Assembly: GCA_965226555.1 (NCBI GenBank)
Contig: CBDDDG010000016.1
Coordinates: 30,378-94,377 of the forward strand
Source: Salinispira sp.
Lineage (GTDB): Bacteria; Spirochaetota; Spirochaetia; DSM-27196; Salinispiraceae
Reading direction: 5' to 3'
DNA length: 64,000 bases
The translations under genes and the position numbers were made by a program. Position 1 is the stretch's first letter, and every line of letters begins with the position of its first letter. The notes beneath the pieces are model-generated. The model worked only from the letters and a program-made list of their open reading frames with translations, had not been told where the DNA came from and made no database searches. This document shows, in pieces, positions 47,417 through 57,400 of the stretch.

Positions 47417-49294
47417 CTACTCCGGTACGAGAAGCAGGCTTAATTGAGGCACAAATGTAACGAGGAGAACAATGCCGAGGAGCAGGAAAAGAAAGGGCAC
47501 AATGCTCTTATAGACCTGTGAAAGCGGTTTCTTAAAGCGATAGGAGCTGAAGAAAAGGTTAAGCCCCACGGGGGGAGTCATAAAACCAAGTTCAAGATTT
47601 ATCAGAAAAATCATACCGAGATGAAGAGGATGAATACCAAAGACCTCACCCAGAGGGAGCATGAGAGGTACAACAACAAATATGGCCGAATAAATATCCA
47701 TCAGCATGCCGGTCAGGATCAAGGCCAAATTCAGGAGAATGAGAAAGAGGAACCGGGAACTTATTGAATTCTGCACAAAGGCCGCAAAATTCTGAGGAAC
47801 CTGAGCATCAATAATATAGGCAGAGAGCCCCTTTGCCAGCATGAGAATAATGAAGATGCCTCCAATAATTTTCATACTTTTACTGAATACCATTTTCAAT
47901 TCCCGGGCAGTAATTTCCCTTTTAACTATGCACTCAACAAACAAGGTATAAAGCATTGCCGCTGCGCTCGTCTCAAGGAGGGTGGCAATACCTGAGAAAT
48001 AAAGAAAAATAGTAATAACCGGAATGAGCAATTCCCAGACAGCCTCCCCGATAGCCTTTCCGGCTTTTTTTGCATCAAAGCGGTTTACCGTACTGTGTGA
48101 GCGCATGGACATACCAATACCGAAAATACTCCATACAACAATAAGAATAATTCCGGGTATAACTCCTGCAAGAAATACATGATGAATGTTAATCTGCGCG
48201 ACCGAACCGTAAAGAATAATGGCCAGACTTGGCGGAAAGAGAAGCCCAATACTTCCTGAGCTGGTAATGAGTCCAACCGAAAAGTTTTCTGTGTATCTTC
48301 CTGTACCGTTGAGCAAGCCAAAGAGGAGCCCCCCCAGCGCAAGAATGGTAACACCGCTTGCGCCGGTAAAGGTAGTGAATACACAGGAGACCAACACCAT
48401 GGCAATAACTATACCGCCGGGAAACCAGCCGAAAAGCGCAACAAATACCTCTACGAGACGTTTACTGGCCCTGCTTTCCGAAAGAAGAAAACCAGTAAGC
48501 GTAAAAAGAGCAATAGCCGGAATGGCCGTACTGTCGAGTACCGTATAGCCTTCTAACATAATACTTGCCGCCCCTGATCCATCTCTGAGGAAGAACAAGA
48601 GACCAATTCCTCCAAGACAGAGATACAAGGGGAGCCCTGCGGGAATAAGTATGAGGAGAAGGACAATAAAAACGGGAATAACAGCAGGTACAATATCGTA
48701 CCAGAAGTTTTCAATCGCAAATACAATATCTGGAATAGCGGGCGATATTGTGTACAATATATTCAGAATAGACGGAAGGCTGAAAAAGCCCGCCAATAAA
48801 ATGACCGGGACATGAAAGCGCCATTTACCGTTTTGTCCGGTACGTTTCAACCAGTAAAAACCGATGACAGTGAAGCCGAAGGGAATGAAAAATACAAATA
48901 TCTGTACCGGCAGACCCAGAAAACGATCCTCGGTAGTAAAAGCAACGAAGAGCATTTCAAGACTTCCAATAATGAACTGAGTCAGGAAGAATGTGCCGGC
49001 AAGATCGCGGACAATCCGAAGCCCTCTGAAGAAGGGGGTATCGCGATTATTAAAGCCAAGATCAACGGAAAGATGCTCATTTTGCGCCTCTGTCTGTATT
49101 CCCGAGAGTCCTGCAAGCATAACGGTCAGATAAATTACAAGATCACTGGTCAGCGGAATTTCTGCTCCGCCGAAAAATCTGAAAACAGCAGACAGTACGG
49201 GAATAGAAGCAAGTAATATGTAGGCAAGTATACCTGCCCCCGTTAGAACATTTTCAAACGTCAGTCTCCGCAAAATTTCAGAATACTTCTTCAT
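47417..49294 (-). CDS. TRAP transporter fused DctQ-DctM permease
   Basis: Polytopic; GSIGLLFPPS, ELGFMTPPVGLNLF. Confidence 0.92.
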   Translation of the reverse strand: MKKYSEILRRLTFENVLTGAGILAYILLASIPVLSAVFRFFGGAEIPLTSDLVIYLTVMLAGLSGIQTEAQNEHLSVDLGFNNRDTPFFRGLRIVRDLAGTFFLTQFIIGSLEMLFVAFTTEDRFLGLPVQIFVFFIPFGFTVIGFYWLKRTGQNGKWRFHVPVILLAGFFSLPSILNILYTISPAIPDIVFAIENFWYDIVPAVIPVFIVLLLILIPAGLPLYLCLGGIGLLFFLRDGSGAASIMLEGYTVLDSTAIPAIALFTLTGFLLSESRASKRLVEVFVALFGWFPGGIVIAMVLVSCVFTTFTGASGVTILALGGLLFGLLNGTGRYTENFSVGLITSSGSIGLLFPPSLAIILYGSVAQINIHHVFLAGVIPGIILIVVWSIFGIGMSMRSHSTVNRFDAKKAGKAIGEAVWELLIPVITIFLYFSGIATLLETSAAAMLYTLFVECIVKREITARELKMVFSKSMKIIGGIFIILMLAKGLSAYIIDAQVPQNFAAFVQNSISSRFLFLILLNLALILTGMLMDIYSAIFVVVPLMLPLGEVFGIHPLHLGMIFLINLELGFMTPPVGLNLFFSSYRFKKPLSQVYKSIVPFLFLLLGIVLLVTFVPQLSLLLVPE

Positions 49295-49309
49295 TCGTTA
49301 TTGCGCCGC

Positions 49310-50302
49310 CTACCTTCTGAATTCTTCCAGAGCCGCCAGAATTTTTGCCATGCTTGGATCAGAAAAGTATCGGTCATCCAGATCCTTGCGGGCCTCCGCA
49401 AAAAGATCATACCAATCCTCAAGATCAGAGCCACGGGGCTCATTTACGCTCAGTCCATAGGTCTGCATAAGCTCAATACCCTCCTGTTCAAGTGTATTCA
49501 GCTGATCCTCCATTTCTTTGCCGATTCTCTGCGCAATTGCCCTTAATTCTTCATGGTACTGCTCCGGGATTCGGTTCCAACTACGGGAGTCCATAACAAC
49601 TGCGCCAAAAAACGGGGCAATTTGCAGGTCAAGCATATTATTGGCAACGGAAAACCATTGAAATCCGGCAACCGCAAGCGGCGCATATACAATAGCATTA
49701 AGGAGACCGGAATTCAGTCCTGTGAGGATTTCTGTCGCGTCAAGCGAAATTGTCTGCATTCCCAGATTCCGCAAAATAGTATTGAAACCATCATCAAAGT
49801 TTGCCGTTGAAATTTTCATACCCCTGAGATCATCAGGGCTCTGGATCTGATCTGTGGTGAAGAATTTCAGCCAACCGGAATTGGACCATGTGAGAATTTC
49901 ATAGCCGGCATTCTGGAACAATGTATTGAGTTCATCTTCAAATTCCTCAAGAATGAAATCGAGTTCTTCGCCTGTTTGTATGATACCGGGAATAACCAGC
50001 CCCCACATAGGAGGAACCATGGTATTCAGTCCGATCGGGCTGGAAGTCGTTCCATGAATCTGTCCGAGACGCATTTTCCGGATAACATCTACTTCATTTC
50101 CGACAACACCGCCATGAAAAATTTTCAGGCGAACACGTCCGTTTGTGGCCTTTGCCCACTCGGAAGCCATCTGATTCAATCCCTGTCCCCAGGGAGTCGC
50201 TTCAGGCGCCAGCGAGGCAATTTTAAGAGTCTGTGCCCCAACAGACATGCCGAGTAATATCCATGCGCACAGTATTAGTATTTTCTGTGTCATCTTATAC
50301 AT
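49310..50302 (-). CDS. dctP: TRAP substrate-binding protein DctP (TatP type)
   Basis: LKIASLAPEATPW, GGVVG.E, PDDLRGMK. Confidence 0.88.
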   Translation of the reverse strand: MYKMTQKILILCAWILLGMSVGAQTLKIASLAPEATPWGQGLNQMASEWAKATNGRVRLKIFHGGVVGNEVDVIRKMRLGQIHGTTSSPIGLNTMVPPMWGLVIPGIIQTGEELDFILEEFEDELNTLFQNAGYEILTWSNSGWLKFFTTDQIQSPDDLRGMKISTANFDDGFNTILRNLGMQTISLDATEILTGLNSGLLNAIVYAPLAVAGFQWFSVANNMLDLQIAPFFGAVVMDSRSWNRIPEQYHEELRAIAQRIGKEMEDQLNTLEQEGIELMQTYGLSVNEPRGSDLEDWYDLFAEARKDLDDRYFSDPSMAKILAALEEFRR

Positions 50303-50339
50303 ATTTTTCTCCTATAATTGATATTCGGATGCTCAGCGG

Positions 50340-51263
50340 TTAAAAAATGAAAAAATCTTCCATGTGATTAAGATACCATTGAGCTCTATTCTGATGAATT
50401 GTATTAATAAGGCGGTTCTGCGGATAGGCCTGCGTATCTATGGAAAGAGCGGTTTCCATAAGCTCTACAAACCGGTCAAGATCCTGTTCAACATAGGCAA
50501 CGGAAAGCGCCAGCGCAACATAGGGACCTGCCGAACTTCCTTTTTGGATATTCACCGCTCGTTCAAAGGCAATTTCTGCCTTATCCCTGCCGCCTCCCAT
50601 GGTTTCAGGGAGGGCGGGATACACACTTATGTAGAGTTCTTCAATACTGCCATTGTTAAAAGTGGGGTCAAGTTCATATGCCCTGTTCAGAACACGAATA
50701 ACAGCCGGCAGCCGCAGAAGAATGTCAAAGTCAAGACTATCTATGGTAACAGGAGCAAACCATCCGGATGCAAGCCAATAAAGAAGGGGCACATCTTCCA
50801 CAGTAAACAATTCAATATAGCTATCCAAGCCATCATCTTCAAGAAGAGCACGGCTGAACCCGGGATAACGCAGATCCATAACGGAGGTGAGCATATCCCG
50901 CCCCCGTAAATACAGCTTTTTTGCCCGCGCTAAATCGTTGACCTGTTCTTCAAACTTATCTTCTTCATACATGAGTGCCGGTATCTGGATAAATGCATTC
51001 GCATACATAATATAGAGACTTCCGGTTGTTACAAGAAGATTTTCATGTTCTGGATTCAATGATAAAAGAGTTTCATAGAGCTTGATGGCAAAAGGAAGGG
51101 CATCTGCCACAAGCTGGGGATCATCATCGGCCATAAACACCTCAGCGCTACTGCCATCTCCATTACCGGCAAGAACATCTGCCAGTTGATCGACAACAAG
51201 CTCCTGGATGGAACATGCCGAAAAGAAAATGACCAAAATAATACACGGAATGATGCGCTTCAT
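50340..51263 (-). CDS. TRAP transporter TatT lipoprotein
   Basis: Lipobox FSAC; DDDPQLVADALPFAIKLYE, YANAF; upstream of dctP-dctQM. Confidence 0.88.
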   Translation of the reverse strand: MKRIIPCIILVIFFSACSIQELVVDQLADVLAGNGDGSSAEVFMADDDPQLVADALPFAIKLYETLLSLNPEHENLLVTTGSLYIMYANAFIQIPALMYEEDKFEEQVNDLARAKKLYLRGRDMLTSVMDLRYPGFSRALLEDDGLDSYIELFTVEDVPLLYWLASGWFAPVTIDSLDFDILLRLPAVIRVLNRAYELDPTFNNGSIEELYISVYPALPETMGGGRDKAEIAFERAVNIQKGSSAGPYVALALSVAYVEQDLDRFVELMETALSIDTQAYPQNRLINTIHQNRAQWYLNHMEDFFIF

Positions 51264-51376
51264 ATGTTTCTCTCCTCAGGGATATTTTACCTTGCCTTTT
51301 ACTATAATGCCAATTACCACGATTTGCAAGTATTATTGACTAATTCTTCGCTAATCATCTATAATACTACAACATT

Positions 51377-52432
51377 ATGAAAATACTTGTAACTGGCATA
51401 TCCGGATTTATCGGTTCTCATGTGGCGGCAGCGCTTGCGGCTCTCGGACATAATGTTACCGGAGTATACCGGCGCAATCCTCCGCGAGGAGTACCTGAAT
51501 ATGAACATGGTTTCATGAACTTCCCCGTAAAAAAGGGGACAGTAACACCGCTACAGGCCGATATCAGTGACGGAAAGACAGTGGAAAAGCTCACACGCGG
51601 TATGGATGGCGTCATACACATAGCGGGCCGCGCCTCGGACTGGGGAACGCGGGAACAATTTAATCAGGCAAATTTCATGCCGATCCGGCATTTTATCGAT
51701 GCCTTTCAGAACAATACTCCTCGTTTCTTCATTCACACCTCAACCATTTCTGTGTACGGTTTCGGCGCGCACAGGCACACTACCGAAGAAGGTCCTTATT
51801 ACCGCATTACCCATCCCTATCAAACCAGTAAACTGGCAAGTGAAAAACTTCTGTTTACCTATGCTGCCGAAAATTCATCTCCGGCCCTTGCTATTATCCG
51901 GCCGGCAAATGTTTACGGTCCCGGAGACACAACACTGATGTATCCAATACTCAATGCTGTCAATACAGGAAAAATGGGCTTGGTAAACAAAGGAAGATAT
52001 CTGACCTCTCCGATCTTCATTGATGATCTGGTTTCCGCATATATTGCCCTTATGAATACACTCACCGACTCTCCCCAGCAGGTACATGGGCGGACATACA
52101 ATATAACCTCTGGCGAAATCATTACATGGGAGGAAAAAATAGCACTGTGCGCGGCAACCCTCAAATGTCCAATACCAAAACTCACAGCGCCGCGATTGCC
52201 AGCTCTCATCGCAGCCTACGGGGTAACAGGAGTGTATCATCTCATCCGCTCAAAAACACCGCCTGATCTGACAGTTTACCGAGTTAAGCATGTGAGTTTC
52301 GACTATCATTTTTCCATTAACCGGGCAATACACGATTTACAGTGGAAACCGGAAACCTTTTTCCGTGAGGGCATTATCCCGACAGTTAAGGCATGGAGGG
52401 AATATATGAGTGATCGCTATGAAAAGAAATAA
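51377..52432 (+). CDS. NAD-dependent epimerase/dehydratase (extended SDR)
   Basis: TGISGFIG, YQTSK, RPANVYGPGD. Confidence 0.9.
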   Translation: MKILVTGISGFIGSHVAAALAALGHNVTGVYRRNPPRGVPEYEHGFMNFPVKKGTVTPLQADISDGKTVEKLTRGMDGVIHIAGRASDWGTREQFNQANFMPIRHFIDAFQNNTPRFFIHTSTISVYGFGAHRHTTEEGPYYRITHPYQTSKLASEKLLFTYAAENSSPALAIIRPANVYGPGDTTLMYPILNAVNTGKMGLVNKGRYLTSPIFIDDLVSAYIALMNTLTDSPQQVHGRTYNITSGEIITWEEKIALCAATLKCPIPKLTAPRLPALIAAYGVTGVYHLIRSKTPPDLTVYRVKHVSFDYHFSINRAIHDLQWKPETFFREGIIPTVKAWREYMSDRYEKK

Positions 52433-52628
52433 ACCCCTGAGTCTTTATCTTATTCTCGCGCTTCTTTCTCTTCCGGTGATCTGGATTCCTGCCATTCAGC
52501 AGTTTAATATACAGGAAGTTTCCATTCTTACCCTACGGACATGGTTTATTGTCAACCTTCTTGCCAGTATTGGTATCATACTCCTGTTTTGCATCCTCTT
52601 TATTCTCACAAAGTACCGGAACCGATAA
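52419..52628 (+). CDS. Small 2-TM membrane protein
   Basis: Overlaps the SDR stop codon; two hydrophobic helices. Confidence 0.55.
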   Translation: MKRNKPLSLYLILALLSLPVIWIPAIQQFNIQEVSILTLRTWFIVNLLASIGIILLFCILFILTKYRNR

Positions 52629-52646
52629 AGTAGCGCTGCTCAGGCA

Positions 52647-52988
52647 TTAATCAAGCATATCAATTTTATCCAGATAATCATCTTCATTCAGATAATCATC
52701 CCCCTCCCAGCCTGCTTCAGCGCATATTCCGGGAATATATGGATCGGAAAACCGATACATATAGGAAATTATTTTCGCAGAAGTGACATAATCGGCGGAA
52801 CAAAGTGCATGAATATAAACATGAAACATAAATATCAGCAGATCTTCTATATAGTAGTTACATGTTTTGATAATATCCCGTTCGGGTTCGGGTAATGTGA
52901 TCTCACCAAATTTGATAGCCCAATGCGAAGCCTCACTTACCTCGTCCCCCGGGGGGAGATTTTGATCTGGAAAAGTATTTTTGTACAT
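52647..52988 (-). CDS. Hypothetical protein
   Basis: SD AAGGAG upstream; acidic tail. Confidence 0.55.
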   Translation of the reverse strand: MYKNTFPDQNLPPGDEVSEASHWAIKFGEITLPEPERDIIKTCNYYIEDLLIFMFHVYIHALCSADYVTSAKIISYMYRFSDPYIPGICAEAGWEGDDYLNEDDYLDKIDMLD

Positions 52989-53152
52989 TGAATACTCCTT
53001 TTTTATAGTGTCTCTATAATCTATAAACGGAGAAAATGACTACGTTACTTTATTGAATGAGAAAATATTTAAAAAAATGTAAAAAATTCCATTAGGAACT
53101 TTTACATTGATAAAATTTTGCCTCAGGAAAAAGTTTCCATTATATTTTACCG

Positions 53153-53805
53153 GTGAATTATACGGATACATGTATTCTGCTTGTTGAAGATGATAAGGCA
53201 ATTGCTGAATCGCTTATATCGGGGCTCAAATTTGAACAATATACCTGCTTTCATTGTTCTGAGGCTCAGACGGCTCTGGAAACAGTATTTTTCTTTTTGG
53301 AGATATTCAGATCGACAGAATGAGAAACAGATGAGGTATATATTTACTGAAAGATTACCTAAGTTGAAGAAGGTTCGCCTGCCGATAATGCTGGTCTTCA
53401 GGCACATGATTTCATTCTTGCCGTTGGCGATCAGCAGATAATTCATCACTCTGAAACAGAAGCCCTCAGGGAACTTGCCGAAGAAATTTTTTCATATATG
53501 ACGAACAAAGAGCGGCAGGCAGCGGTTTTATTGTTTCATCGTTTATTGCCCTCATGGCTTCCATACTCACCGGAATATTCCTGGGAAAAAATTACCAGAC
53601 CGATTATCAACCTGAAAGAAGCTGCTCTGAGCATGGCTGAAGGGAATTATCAGGTTCGGGCCGAGTGCGAAAGCCGTGATGAAACTGCCGATCTTGCGGA
53701 ATCTTTTAACATTCTCGGAAAAAGACTGGAAAAGCGCATACAGGAACTGCAGGAAGAACGGGATTCTCTTCGCAATTTTCTGGCAGATGCCAGCCATGAA
53801 CTGCC
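53153..53805 (+). pseudogene. Eroded two-component pair (receiver N-terminus and HAMP/HisKA fragment)
   Basis: ILLVEDDKAIAESLISGLKFEQY at ~53170; KITRPI..L...A..MAEGNY...DE..DLAESFN...FLADASHEL, then truncated. Confidence 0.75.
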
Positions 53806-53871
53806 CCTAACAGAAACCGCAACCGCCGCCGCTGAGCTTATTCAGGGTAACAGAACGCTTTTACATTCCGC

Positions 53872-54540
53872 TCAAGAGCTAATCCGTGTAACCTGTATCA
53901 TTTCCGCGGCAGTCAAACTGATAATAGATGTTTTGCTGTTACGGACAATGGTAAGTGTACCCGCCATTTCATCTCTATCAATAAGCGTGAGTATCTTGCC
54001 CGGCATGAGATCTTTTTCACTCAGAAATTCGAGAAACTGCTTTTTCTCATGCCGTACTCTGGTAATACTCAGTTCGCAGGGAGGACGAATCTCTGAAAGA
54101 GGTACTCCTTCCTGTACCGGCATAACTCCATTTGCGCCAGGAATTGGATCACCGTGGGGATCTGTATCGGGGTAATTGAGAAGCTTGTCAATTCTATTGA
54201 GAAGACGCTGACTTATGGCATGTTCCAGAATCTCGGCTTCATCGTGGACATATTTCCAATCCAGACCGATAATCTCTACCAAAAGCAACTCAATGAGCCG
54301 ATGCCGGCGGAGTATCTCAAGCGCTTCTTTCTGCCCCCTGGGACTGAGACAGACGCCCGACCTCTGAAAATACTTTACCAGACCTGCTTCCTGTAAATGT
54401 TTCATCATCGTTGTTACGGTACCCGGGGTCACTCCCATGCTTTTCGCAAGCCAACCGAGGCTCACCAACCCATCTTTCATACCAGAGGACTCTGAGGCAA
54501 CGTATATGTGTTTCAAATAATCTTCCGTCGTGCTACTCAT
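53872..54540 (-). CDS. DtxR/MntR/TroR family metal-dependent repressor with FeoA-like domain
   Basis: EDYLKHIY, RRHRLIE, HDEAEILEH, DPHGDPIP. Confidence 0.93.
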   Translation of the reverse strand: MSSTTEDYLKHIYVASESSGMKDGLVSLGWLAKSMGVTPGTVTTMMKHLQEAGLVKYFQRSGVCLSPRGQKEALEILRRHRLIELLLVEIIGLDWKYVHDEAEILEHAISQRLLNRIDKLLNYPDTDPHGDPIPGANGVMPVQEGVPLSEIRPPCELSITRVRHEKKQFLEFLSEKDLMPGKILTLIDRDEMAGTLTIVRNSKTSIISLTAAEMIQVTRISS

Positions 54541-54565
54541 AATCTCTGAGATTATCGAATTTTTC

Positions 54566-54619
54566 TTGACAAGTCAATTATTTTGATATATATATTAGTA
54601 TAGTTTGATTAGTCAAAGT
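54566..54619. promoter_or_regulatory. Sigma70-like promoter and candidate TroR operator
   Basis: TTGACA (54566)-N17-TATATA; imperfect palindrome TTTGATTAGTCAAA at 54604-54617, between the promoter and the SD. Confidence 0.6.
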
Positions 54620-54636
54620 ATGATTGGAGGCTGATT

Positions 54637-55731
54637 ATGAAATTTCATAGACAGATTTTACCGGGTTTTCGCAGGATATTTTCCCTATTCTGCATACTCT
54701 GCATATTCGTAATGATAGCCGGATGTAAAAAACATGAATATACGACAACGGATGACGATATACTGCGGATAGTTGCCACAAGCACTCAGGCCGGCGACCT
54801 TGTAGACATACTTCTTGAAGGCAGTGAAAACATTGTTCTCTCCACACTCATGAATTCCGGCGTTGACCCGCATCTGTATCAACCGACTCAGGGAGACATT
54901 ACCGCCCTGAACGCGGCCGATCTCATCGTGTATAACGGTCTTCATCTCGAAGGCCAGTTCGATGCAGTTTTTGAAGCTCTGGCGGAGCAGGATATAAGCA
55001 TTTATCCTCTTGCGGCGGTAGTAGAAAGCGCAGGCTTTATTATTAAAACAGCAGACGGATTTGCGGATCCGCATTTCTGGTTTGATCCCCGTAACTGGGC
55101 GCTTACCGGCAAAGCTCTTGCCGAAATTCTGAGCGGGCTCGCCCCATCGCAGGGCGATATTTTCAGGACAAATGCTGAAAATTACCGCAAACAACTGGAT
55201 ATGCTCTACAACTGGTCAACTATGGCAATGAACTCAGTTCCCGCCGAACAGCGTTATCTTGTGAGCAGCCATGATGCCTTTCAATACTTTGGAGATGCCT
55301 TCGGCTGGAACATAGCCGCCATTCAGGGCTTCAGTACGGCCGACGCAGCAGGCGTTGGAGACATACAGGCAATTGTCGATCTCATTCTGGAACAGAATGT
55401 TCCCGTCATTTTTGTTGAATCGAGTATTCCTCCGAATACCATTGAGGCAGTAACAGAAGCGGTATCGGCTCTGGGCGGAAACACTACTCAGGGTATCAGA
55501 ACACTCTACTCAGATGCCATGGGCAACACCGACAGTTTCAGCGGAACCTACATCGGCATGCTGGCCCATAATGTCTATACAATTTTACAATCGTACCAGA
55601 ATGCCGGGGTGGAATGTACCATTCCTTCATGGCCGAAAGACCTCCTTCCCCTGCCGCCGGATTCCCTGCTGTCGGCTGCGCTACCGCAGTCGCTGTCGCT
55701 GGCGCAGTCGCAGGCGCTGCCGGGAGAATAA
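54637..55731 (+). CDS. troA: Mn/Zn/Fe ABC substrate-binding lipoprotein (TroA-like)
   Basis: Lipobox IAGC; GVDPHLY, YNGLHLE, DPHFWFDP, SHDAF.YF, LYSDAMG. Confidence 0.88.
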   Translation: MKFHRQILPGFRRIFSLFCILCIFVMIAGCKKHEYTTTDDDILRIVATSTQAGDLVDILLEGSENIVLSTLMNSGVDPHLYQPTQGDITALNAADLIVYNGLHLEGQFDAVFEALAEQDISIYPLAAVVESAGFIIKTADGFADPHFWFDPRNWALTGKALAEILSGLAPSQGDIFRTNAENYRKQLDMLYNWSTMAMNSVPAEQRYLVSSHDAFQYFGDAFGWNIAAIQGFSTADAAGVGDIQAIVDLILEQNVPVIFVESSIPPNTIEAVTEAVSALGGNTTQGIRTLYSDAMGNTDSFSGTYIGMLAHNVYTILQSYQNAGVECTIPSWPKDLLPLPPDSLLSAALPQSLSLAQSQALPGE

Positions 55732-55733
55732 TA

Positions 55734-56492
55734 ATGGAAGAAACAGCGCATAAGTCTCCCATTCTGCTTTCCATTCAGGATTTAACAGTGGCCTACGACA
55801 GCAAGCCGGTACTCTGGGATTTGGACATGGAAGTTCCCCAGGGAGTTCTTATGGGCATTGTTGGTCCCAATGGCGCCGGAAAGAGTACGCTTATTAAGGC
55901 TTCACTTGATCTCCTGCCCCGCGCTGCCGGATCGGTTCGCTTTTTTGGTCGGGAATACCGGAAGGTGCGCGAACGGATCGCGTATGTTCCTCAGCGGGGG
56001 AGTGTCGACTGGGATTTTCCGACAACCGTTTTGGATCTTGTTATCATGGGTCTATATGGAAAAATCGGCTGGTTCCTCCCCCCCAACCGATCACAAAAGA
56101 AGCTCGCGCTCCATGCCCTCGAACAGGTCGGGATGCAGGACTTTGCGCATCGGCAAATATCGAGGCTTTCAGGAGGACAGCAGCAGCGCGCATTTCTTGC
56201 CCGCGCCCTCGTTCAGGATGCCGATATATATTTTATGGATGAGCCCTTTGCTGCAGTCGATGCCCTCACGGAAAAAGCTATTCTGACAATTCTTCAGGAT
56301 TTACGCTCGCGGAAGAAAACGGTTATTGTCGTTCATCATGACCTTCAGACAGTGGCAGATTTTTTCGACTGGGTTGCTCTTCTGAACGTTACCCTTTTCG
56401 CAGTCGGACCCATTTCTCAGGTATTTACCGATGAACTTATTGAATCTACCTACGGCGGCCCGGTCAGATATTTCCGGAAACCGACAGCATGA
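55734..56492 (+). CDS. troB: Metal ABC transporter ATPase (TroB-like)
   Basis: GPNGAGKS, LSGGQQQR, MDEPF, VVHHDL. Confidence 0.9.
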   Translation: MEETAHKSPILLSIQDLTVAYDSKPVLWDLDMEVPQGVLMGIVGPNGAGKSTLIKASLDLLPRAAGSVRFFGREYRKVRERIAYVPQRGSVDWDFPTTVLDLVIMGLYGKIGWFLPPNRSQKKLALHALEQVGMQDFAHRQISRLSGGQQQRAFLARALVQDADIYFMDEPFAAVDALTEKAILTILQDLRSRKKTVIVVHHDLQTVADFFDWVALLNVTLFAVGPISQVFTDELIESTYGGPVRYFRKPTA

Positions 56493-57400
56493 TCCCCTAC
56501 ACCCTCGGTACCGTAATACTTGGCGGATCCCTGCTTGGAGCCCTGAGCGGCATTATCGGGAGCTTTGCTGTTCTTCGTAAAGAAAGCCTCATGGGCGATG
56601 TTCTCAGTCATGCTGCCCTGCCGGGAGTAGGCATATCCTTCCTCATTGCCGGCAGAAACCTGGAATTTCTTCTCATCGGAGCCGGTTTGGCAAGTATGCT
56701 CGGTGTCGGATTCATTATGCTTATACAAAAAACGTCCCGAATTAAGAGTGACGGCGCCATGGGCATTGTTCTCTCGGGATGGTTTGCCTGCGGCATTGGA
56801 ATTCTTACCTATATTCAGCAGCGGCAGGATTCGAGCCAAGCCGGGCTGAACAGCTTCATTTTCGGACAGGCTGCGGCCATTCTTCGGAAAGATGTGCATC
56901 TACTCACATATGTGAGCATCATCATCATCGGAATTCTCATTGTGAACTGGAAAGAATTCAAGCTCATTACATTTGATCCCGAATTTGCGCGGACAATCGG
57001 CCTGCGGGTAAACCTCTTCACTGCCCTCCTTATGACTCTGACAGTAGTAACAATTGTCATGGGTTTACAATTAGCGGGGGTTATCCTCATGGCAGGGCTC
57101 CTCATTGCCCCGGGGGTAGCGGCGCGGCAGTGGACGGATCGGCTTGAAGTACTGGTCATACTTGCAGGTCTTTTCGGCAGCATTTCAGGCGCGCTCGGGG
57201 CAATAATCAGTTCCCTCAATGTAGACATTCCCACAGGGCCGATGATTATTGTTGTTGTTTCGGTTTTTGTCCTCATATCAATACTCTTTGCCCCGCAGCG
57301 GGGAATCATCCGGGTAAAGCTAAAACAGCATAAGGACGCTCATCAACTGCCCGCTCATCAACTGCCCGCTCATCAACTGCCCGAGAATGAGAATGATTGA
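56489..57400 (+). CDS. troC: Metal ABC permease (TroC-like)
   Basis: GDVLSHAALPG, FGQAA, FDPEFA, PTGP; C-terminal HQLPA x3. Confidence 0.88.
   Translation: MIPYTLGTVILGGSLLGALSGIIGSFAVLRKESLMGDVLSHAALPGVGISFLIAGRNLEFLLIGAGLASMLGVGFIMLIQKTSRIKSDGAMGIVLSGWFACGIGILTYIQQRQDSSQAGLNSFIFGQAAAILRKDVHLLTYVSIIIIGILIVNWKEFKLITFDPEFARTIGLRVNLFTALLMTLTVVTIVMGLQLAGVILMAGLLIAPGVAARQWTDRLEVLVILAGLFGSISGALGAIISSLNVDIPTGPMIIVVVSVFVLISILFAPQRGIIRVKLKQHKDAHQLPAHQLPAHQLPENEND

Noticed and set aside
53806..54175. C-terminal half of the 225-aa ORF as a real kinase domain
   Set aside because: After ASHEL the frame runs antisense into the repressor gene; no HATPase motifs.
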